A DNA stretch of 61,036 nucleotides, filler included. It is 8 parts of 8 records of this genome, joined end to end, with 100 filler letters (N's around TTAATTAATTAA, not from the genome) between each part and the next. Parts side by side here need not be neighbours in the genome. Positions count along the whole stretch, not along the records: positions 25,296 to 31,661 come from SRR15195285_1792; positions 31,762 to 37,184 come from SRR15195285_1794; positions 37,285 to 43,690 come from SRR15195285_1796; 5 more parts are not named here. One strand, 5' to 3'. The notes beneath the pieces were generated by a model. It worked only from the letters and a program-made list of their open reading frames with translations. It made no database searches and was not told the origin of the DNA. Positions 26,409 through 39,412 of this stretch are shown in pieces. Numbering within the stretch: position 1 is the stretch's first letter; each line of letters starts with the position of its first letter. A program made the position numbers and the translations under genes.

Positions 26409-29400
26409 TCAATCGTTGCTCCATCTGTCATGGGCGCAGTTTGCAGGGCTGCGGTGGCGCCGCGAGCAATGGGCGACATGCAGCACGCGTGCCGAAGCAC
26501 CGAGGAATCCAGAATGCGCTTTCATTGAGCGCTTTACTCACTTGGTAGCACCAACCATGCGCAGCTCTCGCATAATGAAAGGCAGGTCCACGCATGCAGT
26601 GTACTTCTTTTGCAGTCGCTGCATCTGCACGGTGTGAAGATCCGAAATGCGCCACATTGGGTCGCGCTTGTTCTGCTCGCGGAGGCCCTCGATGATCGGG
26701 CGGCAACAGAAAGAGCCCACCTAGCGAATATCAGCGGTCCGTGCATTTTATGTTAGTTCCCACATGCTATTGGCAGCTGTGGTGCAACGACGCCACACAC
26801 TAGGGCACTGTTGTCGAGGCGTACGTTCGGCTCCGGCAGCACTTGCAGTAGTGCAGGCAGCTGTAAATCAAATTCTGTTATCGTCATCGTAATCTTGTGG
26901 ATCACCTCCAGTACTCTCTGTCGAAGCTTGCGGTCATTCTCCATCGCGCGGCTAAGCATTCGCTGCGGGCCAACGTGTCATCCATTGAGACCCAAGAGCG
27001 CTGTTGAAATTCGGATGGCTCCCACAAAGACGGCGTTCACGCGGTCGAGCGAGAAAAGGCAGCAGACAAACATACGCACCAGGAGCACGGCCGGATCTCG
27101 CAAGGCGAATGACCGTGCGATTGCATCGGTCGAGTGTGACGATGTCCCAATCGTTGCGACGAGGAAGCGCGCCAGCTCGTCCGACCTCATCTCCAACGTG
27201 ACCATTGCCGCTGCGGCCCGGTTCATCATCCCCCGATCGTCCACTGCAGTTGCAAGTACAGACATACGTAATCAGACGTGCGCGGAAAGACATAATGTGA
27301 ACGCATGCTAACCACTGTGTACTGAGTGCGCACTTGTCCGGGACGTGGCCTTGCTCTTCAGTACCCACTCCAGAGCAGCATGGCTCTCCTTGATTGCAGC
27401 AGTCAGCTTAGCATCGGTCGGATGCGCGAGTCTGCATGCTTGCAGCGCAGCGGCAGCGGGTTCCCACAGCAAGTCGGCCGGCGTCTTCGCGTTCAACAAA
27501 AAGCTGTTCAGGTGATCGCACAGTTGAGCCGGAGGCTGAAGCTTTGAAAGTGCTGTCAAGGCAGCAGTCTGAGCGACCATGATGCGATCCTGCACCTCGC
27601 CCGTCGAGAAATCAGGGAACGATTCGGCCTTCATCTTCAGCAGAGCAATCACTGCTTGGGTGAGCTCAGCAATGTGGTCCGGTCTATCATCACTGGCCGC
27701 AAAATTGGACCCAAGCGCCTCGAGAGCAGCTACGGCGACGTCCACCTCGGTGATCATCTCAGTGCAGGCCGCCATTACTTGGAGGAGTGCCTCCTGGACT
27801 GTCTCGAAACGACTGCACTTTGGCGTGATCAGACCCAAAAGCCGGCACGCCTCGACGCGAATTTCCTTCACATCGATGCTTTTTGATGGACCGGCCGCCA
27901 CAGCCGGCATCTGACTCTCATCGCCGCTCACCCATCCGAGGAGGAAATCTACACAGCTGTCAGGCATCATGCACACAAGGACCTTCGCGGAGCGCCGGAT
28001 GAGGTCCCAGTCATCCCCGGCGACGAATGGACCGAGCGCCTACCACCAAACAAGCAGCATACGTTAGCAAACGGCAAGACAGCCACAGCGGCAGCGCAGT
28101 ACGAATGTCAAGCTGGTATGTATGTACGGCTTCTAATGTATACCTGCTCAGTGTTGGGATCACTCATCCCAGCTGACTCCGGCAATTCAATGAAAGCCTC
28201 TGATGCAAGTAAATGCATGTCTGGGTTTACTGCCGTTTCAGCTAGCAGGTGCATCACTGAGGACAGCAAGGTATCGCCAACGCTGGCCGGAGCGTCAGCC
28301 AACAATGATTTCGCCACAACAGGAATCGCCTTCGAAGCAATCCGACCGACACCAGGATCGGGATCCTTGATGTACGCGCACAGAGCCTCCACTGCCTCCA
28401 TCGAAGGAAAGTCCTCTGCCACAGCGGCAAGACATTGCAACCCTCGTTGTCTTTGAAACGAAGGGTTTTCGTCCATCAGCTGCTCGAAGCTCCATTCCAT
28501 CACGTAAGTCATCAACCCAACCTGGCCGAAGCCTTTTGCACCAGCGACAGCAATCTCCTTGGTCTGATTCGTCATGACCTCCTGCAAGGAGTCCATGACC
28601 TGCTCCAAGTTTTCGGGTCCAGCACTTGCCAGTGTATTCGCCACCTCGATCCATTCCGCGTTCACATCGTCCTCCTCAACTTTCTCCCCTATTCTGTGGA
28701 CAGAATTGTCCGTTCCCATAAAATTGGCTAGTTTGGAAGGCGACCGTGCACCCAATGGACTGGCCAAATCGGATTTGGAAATCTCTGCACTGTTCATCAT
28801 GACTGCTCCACCAGCGCCCCCTGTACCTGCATGCTCCAGCCGATGCATAAGCTGGGTGCAAATCTCGGACCATGGTACACCGAGCTTGGATGCTGCATTG
28901 GCAACATCGCGAACAATATCGCGATGTCCTTGATCCATCACATCGAACAGCGCGAATACGAGGCGCCCATTTCGCACACCGAGTGCCCCAAGGGCAGTAG
29001 CAGCAGCAGACACCACGTCAAGGTCGCTGTTTACCAAGAGGCTGTCCTTGATCGTCTCGGCCAACGTGGTATCCTGGTGCGACAACTTAGACACGCCATC
29101 ACTTCTAAGCTCCACCAGAGATTCCATTAGCGCCTTTAGGCGGAACCACGGCTGGTTAGTCTCTGTATCAGTGAGCGCTGCGACAACTTTGTCCGCAATC
29201 CGAGACACGCTCAGGCCAAGATGCTGCAGCTGTGCGATTGCCTGTGTCCTTAACCCGCTGAAAGGGTGGCCCAGAGCTGCTACAACGCTGGACAGCACCC
29301 GCGCCTCTTGCTGCTGACGCACTTTCAGTGCGACCGTGTGAGCCAGTGGGTGATCGCGCCGCTCATCCAGTATCACCATTACCAAGTGTTCATTTACCCC

Positions 29401-31661
29401 CGTGTTGTCTTCCTGTGCCATCAAGTAGTCAATGATGCTGCTCAAAACCTGATCGGGTGCGCAACTTGCCATGAGCAGAATCGACTCCCGATACCAGCTG
29501 TCGTACAGTTTGCCTTGGAGCACGCCATTGACAACATCGTTAGCATACGTAAAGTAACCTTTGTTCTTTAGCTTAATATCCAGTTGATACAGCAGCTCCT
29601 GTGCCACAAAAAACTCCTGAAAAGTCAGGTGGATGAAGCGCCAAGTGTAACGGTGATCTCCATCTCTCTCCGCTTGCTTGGACGAGAACGTTGGCACAGG
29701 AGCCTCAGCCTCTGCACGCTGTACGTCCACAGCTTCCAGCTCGTAGTCGAGCCGATTGAACATAGGCATAATATACGCCCTAAGATACGGGAAAAGACGA
29801 GCCCATAGCTCACCGAATCCAAGGCGCCGAACGTCTCTAACCTTGAAATTCCGCGTGCCGCGCTGGTGAAGGTCTAGAGAAAGCACACCAAAGAAGCGCC
29901 AGACCTCCTCGTTGTACGAATAGTCTAGCCGTGGGAAATCGTTCGCCTCAATGAACGCATTTGCGCACTCGTCTGTCGTGTACTTCTGTAGTCTCGTCCC
30001 GACATCCATCATGTGTAGCATGCCAGCACGATAAATCTCTCCGCGATTCATCGTCCGCTGCTGACCTGTCCGCGGGTCTCGAGGGTTGATCAGCTTGTTG
30101 TGTTTGAAAAGCTCGATCAGCAAAGACAGTGACAGCGGCGTGGTGGCATACAGCGCAAACATCGGATTTTCAGACATGAGCTCCTCGAACCTTGCATATT
30201 CCGTGTCCGCAAGCCGTGCTTTTGCTGTCTTTTTCTGAATTTCGACGCTGCACAACTCCAGTTGCACGAACTCGTAACCTTCAGCAAGTTGATCGTCGCT
30301 GAAACCAGCGAGACGCGACGAGAGAACTACACGTCCAGTTTCTGTCGCGAGTGTCGTACCAATGTACTCCTGCAACTGTGACTTCACACTGGCACATTCG
30401 TCCAAACCGTCCAACAAGTACAATGACGTTTTTTCTGCATGAGCATGCGCAATGACCTTGTACTGGTCCTCTGGGGTGGACGATTTCAAGTAGGCCAGCA
30501 AGTCGCAAGGGCCACCACTCATAATGAACTTTGCGAAACCCACAAGGTAGACAAATACTGGTATCGGGTGCTTTTCAGGCTCCTGATACGCAGAAATTGC
30601 AGCCCAGTACCGCATCTTCTGTAGAAGCGTTGTCTTACCACACGCGGGGGCACCAAGTACCACCACATGCGAGAATTCTTGGCCTGACGTTAACAGCACC
30701 GTTGCGCCATCTTTGGTCTGATCGCCCTCGTCATCACGACCAAACCCACCGGTCGAACCTGAGAGCGATCGCTCAGCTAGGGTGGTACTTGAGCGACGCT
30801 CGAAGAGTTGGTTATCCTCCGAGCTATCGCTAAGTTCATTTTCATTGCGAAGATTGAAGCGCTCGGCGACGCTTAGACGTCGTACCGTGTACGACAGGTC
30901 AGCCACAAGCATGCGTTCGCCACTAATCGGGTCAAGGCACGATTGACAGTTGCTCATAATGCCCATGATGTAGTCCTCGCGGAGATCCTCCATCTCTTCT
31001 TCGTCCATCTCATCAGAGGCTGCAGGTGTCATGGCCGGTGCATCTGCTTTTGCCCTGTCGACTTCTTGCTGTTCCTGTTGTCGCTGCATCACCATCTCGT
31101 TCATCTTTCGGCGCAGGGCTTCCTCCTCTTCATCGTCACTGTCATCATCGTGGGAGTTCGCTCCCGAATCGCCAGCGATGAACGATAGGCGCAGTGGCCT
31201 CCCAGCAGTTTTGATTGTGTCCAAAACCTGTGTGTAGGTGAGTCCCGCAACAGGCTTTCCTTGCACTGAGTGCAAAGCAATTCCAGCAACCAATTCTCCG
31301 TGGCCGGCAGCAAGACCATCAGATGACACGGCTGAGATTCGGAGAGGAGTTGACGTACGATCGAATCTCATGCCAAGCTTCCCTTCCTTCTCGAAGTTCA
31401 CAACGATCTCTCGTTCGGACACGCTGCCTGCGTCTGATCCAGACGCCGCTGTCGGAGCTTGAGCCACTGCTTGGGCCTTGGCCTCCTGCTCTGTAACTCT
31501 TGCCTGCCGTGCTGCTTCAGACGCAGCCTTCGCTTCCTGCTCTTGCTCGGCCGCCTGCAACACTTGTTGCGCTTTCGCTTCGGCGGCGGCAGCGCGCTTC
31601 GTTTCCGCCGCTGCAGCCTCTGCCGCCAGCCGTTCCTGCTCTGCCTTCTCGGCAGCTTCCT
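26409..31661 (-). CDS. 5'-truncated NLR-like STAND NTPase: coiled coil, PDZ, NACHT, HEAT/ARM repeats; multi-exon, 3' end approximate
   Basis: PDZ VNFEKEGKLGMRF...ISAVSSDGLAA...VQGKPVAGLTYTQVLDTIKTAGRPLRLSF; Walker A VVVLGAPACGKTTLL; Walker B LYLLDGLDE; sensor VVLSSR; TPLSL; winged-helix motif FIHLTFQEFFVA; HEAT-like units (DVVSAAATALGALG). Downstream exons join via GT-AG introns such as 28040-28143. Confidence 0.85.
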
Positions 31662-31761
31662 NNNNNNNNNNNNNNNNNNNNNNNNNNNNNNNNNNNNNNN
31701 NNNNNTTAATTAATTAANNNNNNNNNNNNNNNNNNNNNNNNNNNNNNNNNNNNNNNNNNNN
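31662..31761. other. Artificial contig spacer
   Basis: 44 N + TTAATTAATTAA + 44 N. Confidence 0.98.
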
Positions 31762-33877
31762 GGCGCTGTTTGATGCCATCGATGACGACGACTCCGGGGA
31801 GCTGGACGGGCTCGAGATGCGTCAGCTGATCGAAGGTCTAGGCGTTGTGCTGACAGACGCTGAGTTTGCAGAGACCATCGCTGAATTGGCATCGCCAGGA
31901 GAAAGTGACGTTACGATCGATGTGTCTGAAATTGCCATCACCTTTGAAGATTTTACAGAATGGTGGAAGCAACAAACTGACGCTCAAGGAAGCACATCCA
32001 GGTTTGCCAAGATCCTTCGGGGTGAAGAGGAGGCTACAAGCTTGCGTGGCACAGGGGAACAGCTCATGCGCACTACGTGGTTTGACCCTTCTCGCCCGTT
32101 CAAAAGAATTTGGGAAAGCGTAGTGATCCTCATCCTGCTCTACATCGGCGTCACACTTCCTTACCGGATTGCGTTCGACTCAGTTGCTCACGGCACGTAC
32201 TACTACATTGCCGTGTTCTACGAGCTCTCGCTCATCGCTGATGTTGTAGTCAACGCGCGCTCAGCGTACTATGATGAGGCAAACCAGGAATTGATCACAG
32301 GGACTTGGCCAATGTTCAAACACTACATGATCAAGAAAGTCGGCTGGATGGATGTCATTAGCTCATTCCCTTTCCAAACCCTCAAAATCGACGATAACCC
32401 AAATATTTCGAGCAACATGAAGACGCTGCAGCTGCTTCGTCTCTGCCAAGTTGTCCGCATCGCCAAAGTTATCCGCGCTGTTTCAGCCATGCAAGACGCG
32501 TTTTTCAAAATTGTCAACGACACGCTTGGATCGTTGAGCGTCAGTGTAAGTGTGTACACGATGAGGATGACTAAGCTCGTCACGCTGCTCGCTACAACAG
32601 CGCACATATGCTCTTGCATTTGGTATATCCTCGGCAAGCCTGGCGACTCCGTATTGGACGGACTGGAAATTGGTGCTGGGGACATTATCGGCATGGGTGC
32701 TGCTTCGGAAGATTGGGATCACGATGATGACGGCTGGGTGATGCGGAACTATCCGGACATGAAGGATGACAAACTCTTCCTGTACCTGCATTCGTTCTAC
32801 TTCATCCAGACAACCATGTCAACGGTTGGGTACGGAGACCTGCTACCGGTCCGGAGAGGTGAAGTGATGTTTGCCATGTTCGTACAAGTACTAGGGACTG
32901 CAATTTTTGGTTACGTCGTTGGTCTGATGGGCACCGACGTAAGCGGTCTAGATGCTCACGAAACTCCAATGAACACAAAAATTGAGTTTATGGAGGCGAT
33001 AATGGACAAACATAAGATCAAAAAGGACGTTAGACTGCGCGTGCGGCGGCAGCTGAAGGCTGACCTGGAAGCTGCACAGATATACATGGTTGAATCTGTG
33101 TTGGATGATTTTCCTCGTGACCTCAGGCGTGATGTTACCCTATCAGTGTACCGAAAAGCGGCGACATCATATGAAATGATTGCTGGATATCCAGCCGACT
33201 ACATTGCAGAAATCGTGACGTTTATGCAGCCGTATTTGATGGTGAAGGGCGAGACCCTGTATAAACTCGGCACGCCTGCAGAGGAGATCTTTTTCATCGA
33301 AGAAGGCAGCGTCAACATCACTTGGGAGGATGTGCGGGTTCCACCAAAGAAAAGATTGCAGTACTCGGCTGCCACGATCGGTGACGCATGCTGCTTTGGC
33401 GACGAGGGGCTTCTGTGTAGTCCTGTAGACACAGTACCAGACCGCGTGTTCATGGCTGTAGCACGAACACCCGGGTCTGCGTACTTCGTTAAGCAAAACA
33501 GGCTTGCAAAATTGATCTACGCGCACCCGACGGTAGGACAAATCACCAAGAAGATGATTCGCAGCAAGCTCAACCGGTGGCAGAAGGCAACAATTGCGGC
33601 TTTGCAAGGGACATTTGAAGCCAGCGAAGTGGCTGCTAACGAAGAGTCAAGCCAGTATCTATACGAACCGCACGGAGAATTGCCCATGCCGCAATTCACC
33701 GAATTCGGTCAACTCCAAAAAGACACACCAATGCCAACAACCACATCGTCTGCCAAGGAGACAACCTCACAAAACGAAGAGCAGGCAGGTGGGGCTAGCA
33801 ATGACGACTTGCGCGCAGATATTGCAAAGCTTCAGAAACAAATGGACATGCTCATGGATGAGCTAGTGCTACGGTGA
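31762..33877 (+). CDS. 5'-truncated cyclic-nucleotide-binding-domain cation/K+ channel (HCN/EAG/CNG superfamily) with N-terminal EF-hands
   Basis: EF loop LFDAIDDDDSGELDGLE at contig start; S1 FDPSRPFKRIWE; S4 LQLLRLCQVVRIAKVIR; filter TTMSTVGYGD; C-linker; CNBD (KGETLY..GTPAEEIFFIEEGSV...CFGDEGLL); C-terminal coiled coil. Confidence 0.92.
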
Positions 33878-34064
33878 CACACTCCATCGCATGAATGGCG
33901 ACGGTGTGGGGATCAGGCAAGAGATGTGATCCTGCTTCATCGATAGATGCACCTCGGCGACCCCGTGTTGGCAGGAGCATGCTCTGCACCACGACCGGTA
34001 TGTGTACACAACTGGTGGTGGCTATCTAATGGCAAAGTGCCTAAATTTGACATACCAGATTCTT

Positions 34065-36981
34065 TCACTGAGAGCCTCGCCGCTTCTCTTTAATTGAAGG
34101 TGCATCGATCGCGGCCTTCGGCAGTGAGCTGCCTGTCACACGCTTCTCACGCCGGGGCGGTTTGAAGCTCTGTGCTGCCAAGCGGTTTTTCCCTGGGCGC
34201 TTCTTGTTAGTCTTCGAATCTTGAGACCCTCCTGTAGGAGATGGGTCGCCTAGGGGGTGAAGCCTCTCGTCCTCCTCGACATTGTCCTCCTCAGGAGGTG
34301 GCGAGTGCACACGGTGTGCTGATACTGGCCGACTGTGGTCGTTCGTCAGCGTCACGAGCTGCGTCAACGGGACCGATTGTTTGGACGTCTTACGCGTCAG
34401 GCCCATCTGCTCAAGCACTCGAGCCTTCTCCTGATCCGTCATATCCACACCACTGCTTTCAATGCACTGTATCATATCTTCACCTGTCACCTCAGTCACG
34501 GTTGCATTCCCTTCCATACCTCGTAGTGCGCCAAAGGCAAGGCTGTAATTCTCAGTAAGAAAAGACCGCGAACCGCGGTCTCCCTTCGATGGCGCAGGAT
34601 AATCTGTATCGACCATCGAACCATCGTTTGTCACAAAATCAAGGTTACGAACGATGAGGGGTTACCAACAACAGCGACAGCAAGCAGTGACCGCCACACA
34701 GACAGAATCAGACCAGCCACGGAACGAAAGGCAACGCATCTCAATCTGTACGGTGGCGTGCTCGTCGCACCGTCCATTAACGACGCTGCATAGTCGAGCA
34801 TCGACACCGCACCGCCAGGAGCTTGTGCGGACCTTTTCACTTCGCCGTGCAAGTCAGAAATAACAGCAGATATCTCTGGGCGGGCACTGGCGCGGCGCAG
34901 CTGCTTCGCGGCCTCCGCTGCACGGTTCGCTTCCTCCTGTTGTTGACCAACACTCTGCGCCAGCGCATCTGCAGACCGTGGTGTCGCTGCTGCCTTTGCA
35001 GCCTTTTCGACTGCCTCGTCCTTGAGGCGCAGCTCGTACTGTCGCATTTGGCCGTGCAGCCATGCTGGCGGAGAATAAAACGTTTCTGCGAGGTTCTTGA
35101 AGTTGTGAAGGGAGACCAGCTCGTCCGGCGTTACCAGACCACCCTCGTAACGATCAACCAAATCGATCGTCTGCTGCGCGTCTTCCATCATCGACTTCCA
35201 GTCCTGCATCGCTGCGTGCGCAGCCGCACGCGAGCTGAAATACTTACAGCTTGTATCATCCAGCGAGATAGCCTGGCAAGTACCACACGCGGACGTTAGA
35301 AGTTTTGACAGGACACTAAGTGCGGGGGAACGAAGTAGAGAGGCAAGACTATTCCGATGCAGGGTCTGACCTTGTCGAAATCCTTCAAAGCGTCCTCGTA
35401 GGCCATTTTCGCAAACGACTTCTCCGCGCGGTCAAACCACTTCGCAGCGCGTGAGCCACCAGATGTCTCGATTCGCCGAATGAGCTTGTCCATTTGCAGG
35501 ATTGGCGCATCATTTTCAAACATCTCTGCAGCGATAGTCCCCATCGCTGCGAACTGCAAACAACAATAGCAATCCAGGCATACGACAACAGTCAGTGGCA
35601 CAGATGTTTCGACAACCGCATGCCCATCAACCAGCAGTCCCCTTCACATCTAGCAGGTTAAGCTCATTGCTACCCACTACTCCAAGGAGGTGGTCCGCCG
35701 TGTGGATTTCCAGTCGCTATCATGAATGAAGCATCCTCCTATAGCGGTTTTGGTTGCTCACAAAAGGATCGAAACGCATGCGATCTTTCTGCCACGCCTT
35801 CATCCGCTGCTGTTCTAGCTGTTCTTCCTTTTTCGTCAGCGTTCCCTTGCGGTTGCGTACAATCTCAGCCTCCGCCGTCGCCTCTGCGACGGGGTCATAA
35901 TCTTCATGCACGGCCTGCCGAAATGCAAATTCAATCTTCTTCGGCAGTAGAGCACCAGCCGGGTGAATTCGGCGTGTTTTCATGTCTTGCTTTCCGATGA
36001 GACTACACTCCCTGCAAACCTGCGCAAATGTTGCCCAGTCGAACTCCATCACCGTACGTGCTGTCGATTCCGCAAGCTTCTTCTTAAACGCAGTCATTGG
36101 CCCGTCATCGTCATGGGATTGCGAAGACTGTAGCACCCACCAGTCGCGAAATTCCTCGAACTCGATCTCGTTGTCACCATTCTCATCCATAGCGTGCAAT
36201 GCTGCTGCTATATCTGCCTCGGTCATCTTGAGGCCGAGTTCCTTCGCAATCATCCGAAGTTCGTCGCCTGTGCACAGCGCAATGGTGTATCATCGACGAG
36301 AGTCCGCCCGGGACGTTGCTGATCGGCAGTGCGGTGCGGTGGACGCTTACCATCGATGAAGCCGCTCTTGTCCGCATCCACCTGCTCGAATGCGTCACGG
36401 ATCATTTGCGCTTCCGCCATCTTTTCTCCAAAAGCCTCGGCATAGCTGACGAAGATTTGGCGCATACTCCGCTTGTTCTTCGCCTCCGCGGCCTTATTTT
36501 TCAACTTCGCTGCCATCCGATTAACCGTCATTGCAGTTTTGACCATCTGGCCCATCGAAACGATCTTCTCGACCTCGTCTGCCACCTCCGTAGCATCTGC
36601 GCGTGGCGGCACGGTGGCGGCAGAGGCAGGCGCGGTGGAGGTACTCTCTGTTTGCTGCACCCGGCACTGCTTCATCCACCACGCTGAGAACTCTTCCCAG
36701 GTTATCTCGCCATCCCCATCGCCGTCGAGCTCCTTCAGCCCCTCCTCCAGCTTCTCTGGCGGCATCCCAGGGGCCAGCTCCTGCATCGCCGTGCGGAACT
36801 CCTCTGGACTGATGCAGCCACTCCCATCCGCGTCGCACTTGTCGAACAGCTCGCGCGCATCCTCCTCGCTGTACCCTTCCGGCATGGCCTCCATGTCCGC
36901 CATGCCGCCTGCCACCACGACGTTGTCACTGTCAGTCTCCAGGGGCTCCTGCTCGGGCTCCGGCTCGGCTGCCGTCCCCAT
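34065..36981 (-). CDS. Multi-exon EF-hand calcium-binding protein (4 EF loops) with possible p25-alpha/TPPP-like segment; exon structure approximate
   Basis: EF loops DADGSGCISPEE, DGDGDGEITWEE, DADKSGFID, DENGDNEIEFEE in ORFs 36250-37131 and 35720-36253; downstream minus-strand ORFs 35296-35601, 34631-35209 and 34065-34634 are flanked by splice-like signals; likely ATG at 36981. Confidence 0.7.
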
Positions 36982-37184
36982 TTCCACAAGACGATGCTGA
37001 AACGATGCCCAGTCAACTGTATGGGGTGGTGGAAAATAGGGCGCCCATTCTCCCCAGTCAGCTGTATAGGGAGCGAGGTGGAAAACGGCAGCGGATACTG
37101 AGAACTCACGCCCGGTAGTTAAGGGACTCATGACTCATGTAGGGAAATTCCGTCTTCTGGAATGAAAATTCATTTTAAATTAGT

Positions 37185-37284
37185 NNNNNNNNNNNNNNNN
37201 NNNNNNNNNNNNNNNNNNNNNNNNNNNNTTAATTAATTAANNNNNNNNNNNNNNNNNNNNNNNNNNNNNNNNNNNNNNNNNNNN
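37185..37284. other. Artificial contig spacer
   Basis: 44 N + TTAATTAATTAA + 44 N. Confidence 0.98.
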
Positions 37285-37499
37285 GGTAATACCTTCTGTA
37301 CTTGTAATGAACTGTATTCTGTATTCTGTAGTATTGGCAGTGCCCCGGTTGGATGTTTTGTGTTTGTGTTGGTCTGAATATTGTACTAGTACAAAGTACA
37401 TACTAGTACAGTGCCGGTATACTAGTACGCCGCGGCGCGCGATCTGCGCGTTCCGGCCGGGCGCGTATAGGTATACTATAATAGTTCGGCGTATGAATA

Positions 37500-38391
37500 C
37501 ACACCAGGAGGAGATGACTCGCAGCCCCCGCCTCAGAGTCGTCACGTTCGCCTCAGCTGCAGGTCTGGTAATATGCAGCGGAGACGTGTCACCCGGGGTG
37601 CAGGCGAGCGAGTTCATGCACCGCCGAGGCGACGATAGCTTGCCGTGTGCGCCATCCGTGCCGTCACGGTTTGGGTGCGAGTGCCAGGACCCTCCCGGAT
37701 ACCCTGGTGCGCGGGACAAGAGATGACAATGATTCCATAAAACTCGTGTACCGCGTCCCTGTCCGTCACTGAACAGCATTCGCCGGTGCAGCGCCTCCAT
37801 CTCCGGGTGGACAGCCACGTCCATCAAGAATGGTACATAGCCACTTAGGAAATATTCGGGGATCAACCCGTGTCGCCGCATTACATCACCACGTTCGTGC
37901 CATTCGGGACTGAATCGCTCCAGCACGCGTGGAAGCTCCTGACTGCGACCCTGCGCCTCTGCGCGCAGCTGGGCAGGTGGCACGCTTCTTGTCGATGGCT
38001 GCGTCAACCCAATCGCTGCCCAAGGAACTATTTCTCTCCAGTCGTCCACGATGAATGTGTCGTGAACTTTCTGGGCCTGGCGAAGCGCAGCAGACCATGC
38101 ACTACGCGTTTCCTCGTTCATAATCCCTGGAAGCAGCCAATACCCATCACGAAGAAACGCCTCCCGATCGAACTCTTTGGTGGCGGCTGCGAGCTTTGCA
38201 CTGTCGAAGAGCAGGATGCTGCACTGGCGTGCATCCGCGGCACGCCACTCGTGTCGACCCCACGCGATGGGTGGCGAGCTTACTGGCAGTGCCTCAGCGG
38301 ACGACGAATGTGGACCGACTTCGTGGCGCAGCTGGCAGTGCAGGCGCTGGAGCCGCCGATGCCACGTGTGTGGGGGCGCCGTGTCTCTCAT
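37500..38391 (-). CDS. Phytanoyl-CoA dioxygenase (PhyH)-like 2OG-Fe(II) oxygenase, N-terminal part; 3' end unresolved
   Basis: FDREAFLRDGYWLLPGIM, FLMDVAVHPEM...RML and LLSRAPGYPGGSWHSH resemble the PhyH N-terminal pattern; no clear C-terminal half before the contig end. Confidence 0.6.
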
Positions 38392-39412
38392 CGACTAAAT
38401 TGCACTTGTTCGTGAGGGACAATGTTCTCAATGACTCGTATAGTATAGCTGTATGTACATTTGGGAAACTATTGGAATTCCTACGAGATGTACGAGTTGC
38501 ATCTGGTCTGGATCCGATTTAAAAAACGAGTACTTGTATTCTGGACGAGCGCGGGGTCCGCGCGCGCGCCGGACACTCGTTCGACGTTGCAGTTCTGCAC
38601 TTCTGCAATTGAAATTTCGTTGATTCAGACATTCAAATGAATTATTTGAAATGCCAATTCAGAATTTGCGAAGTACCAGACTGTAACCGGAAATTGATCT
38701 CAATCTGGGCACTGCATTACAAATTTACAATTCATCACTACCTGAAGGTACATCACTGCAGCTGATCACAACATCAGGTCGATTCTCACATTCGAACTTG
38801 CACCCTCGCCGGTGTGGCGCGACGCGCGCTATCCACTCGGACCAGCACTCGCGCACTAGCATACAGCTGTATACAGTAGCTGTCGCCCCGGGGGGGAATA
38901 CGTACAGTATACTACCGGTAGTACGCGATACGGCCGCCGCGGTGCGTGGGGACGTCGGTCCAGGGGATGCTACAGAGGGTGCGCTCAAGCGTCAGTGGCG
39001 ATACTGTAACTATAGCTGTAACACTCCGATCCTCCGTCGGAACTCTTGGCACACATGCCATTTCAACGTTGATTTGTACTACTCTGCAGCCACAATTTTG
39101 TCTGATCCAGAGGCTATTGGTCGGGCCGAGCAGGTGAACTTCGATCTCTCGAGCACTGTGGGTGGGCTCTCTGAGGCTGTGGCTAGCCGGGCTGCCACTG
39201 CAGATGAGTCAACCACGGCATCTGACCGGCACTGTTCGCAGCGTGCAGGCGTGGGCGTGGCTCATCAGCAAGTGCTTTTCAGATCGGCTTCGCGTGTTGT
39301 GCTGACTTCAGCGGACTCCCTCGATGATCGTGGCTTGCCCTCGCACGTGGTGTCGATGATTCTTGCGCTTCAAAACGAAACGCCTGACCAGCTCGGAGTG
39401 CCGCCGAAAGGC

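Noticed and set aside
37009-37085. Imperfect direct repeat CCAGTCA.CTGTAT.GGG...GGTGGAAAA
   Set aside because: Only two degenerate copies near a contig end; possibly a repeat fragment but too little evidence to call.
38798-39412. N-terminal part of the 509-aa ORF as coding sequence
   Set aside because: It starts at a non-ATG codon and runs through GTAC-rich intergenic-like DNA; probably UTR or intron.
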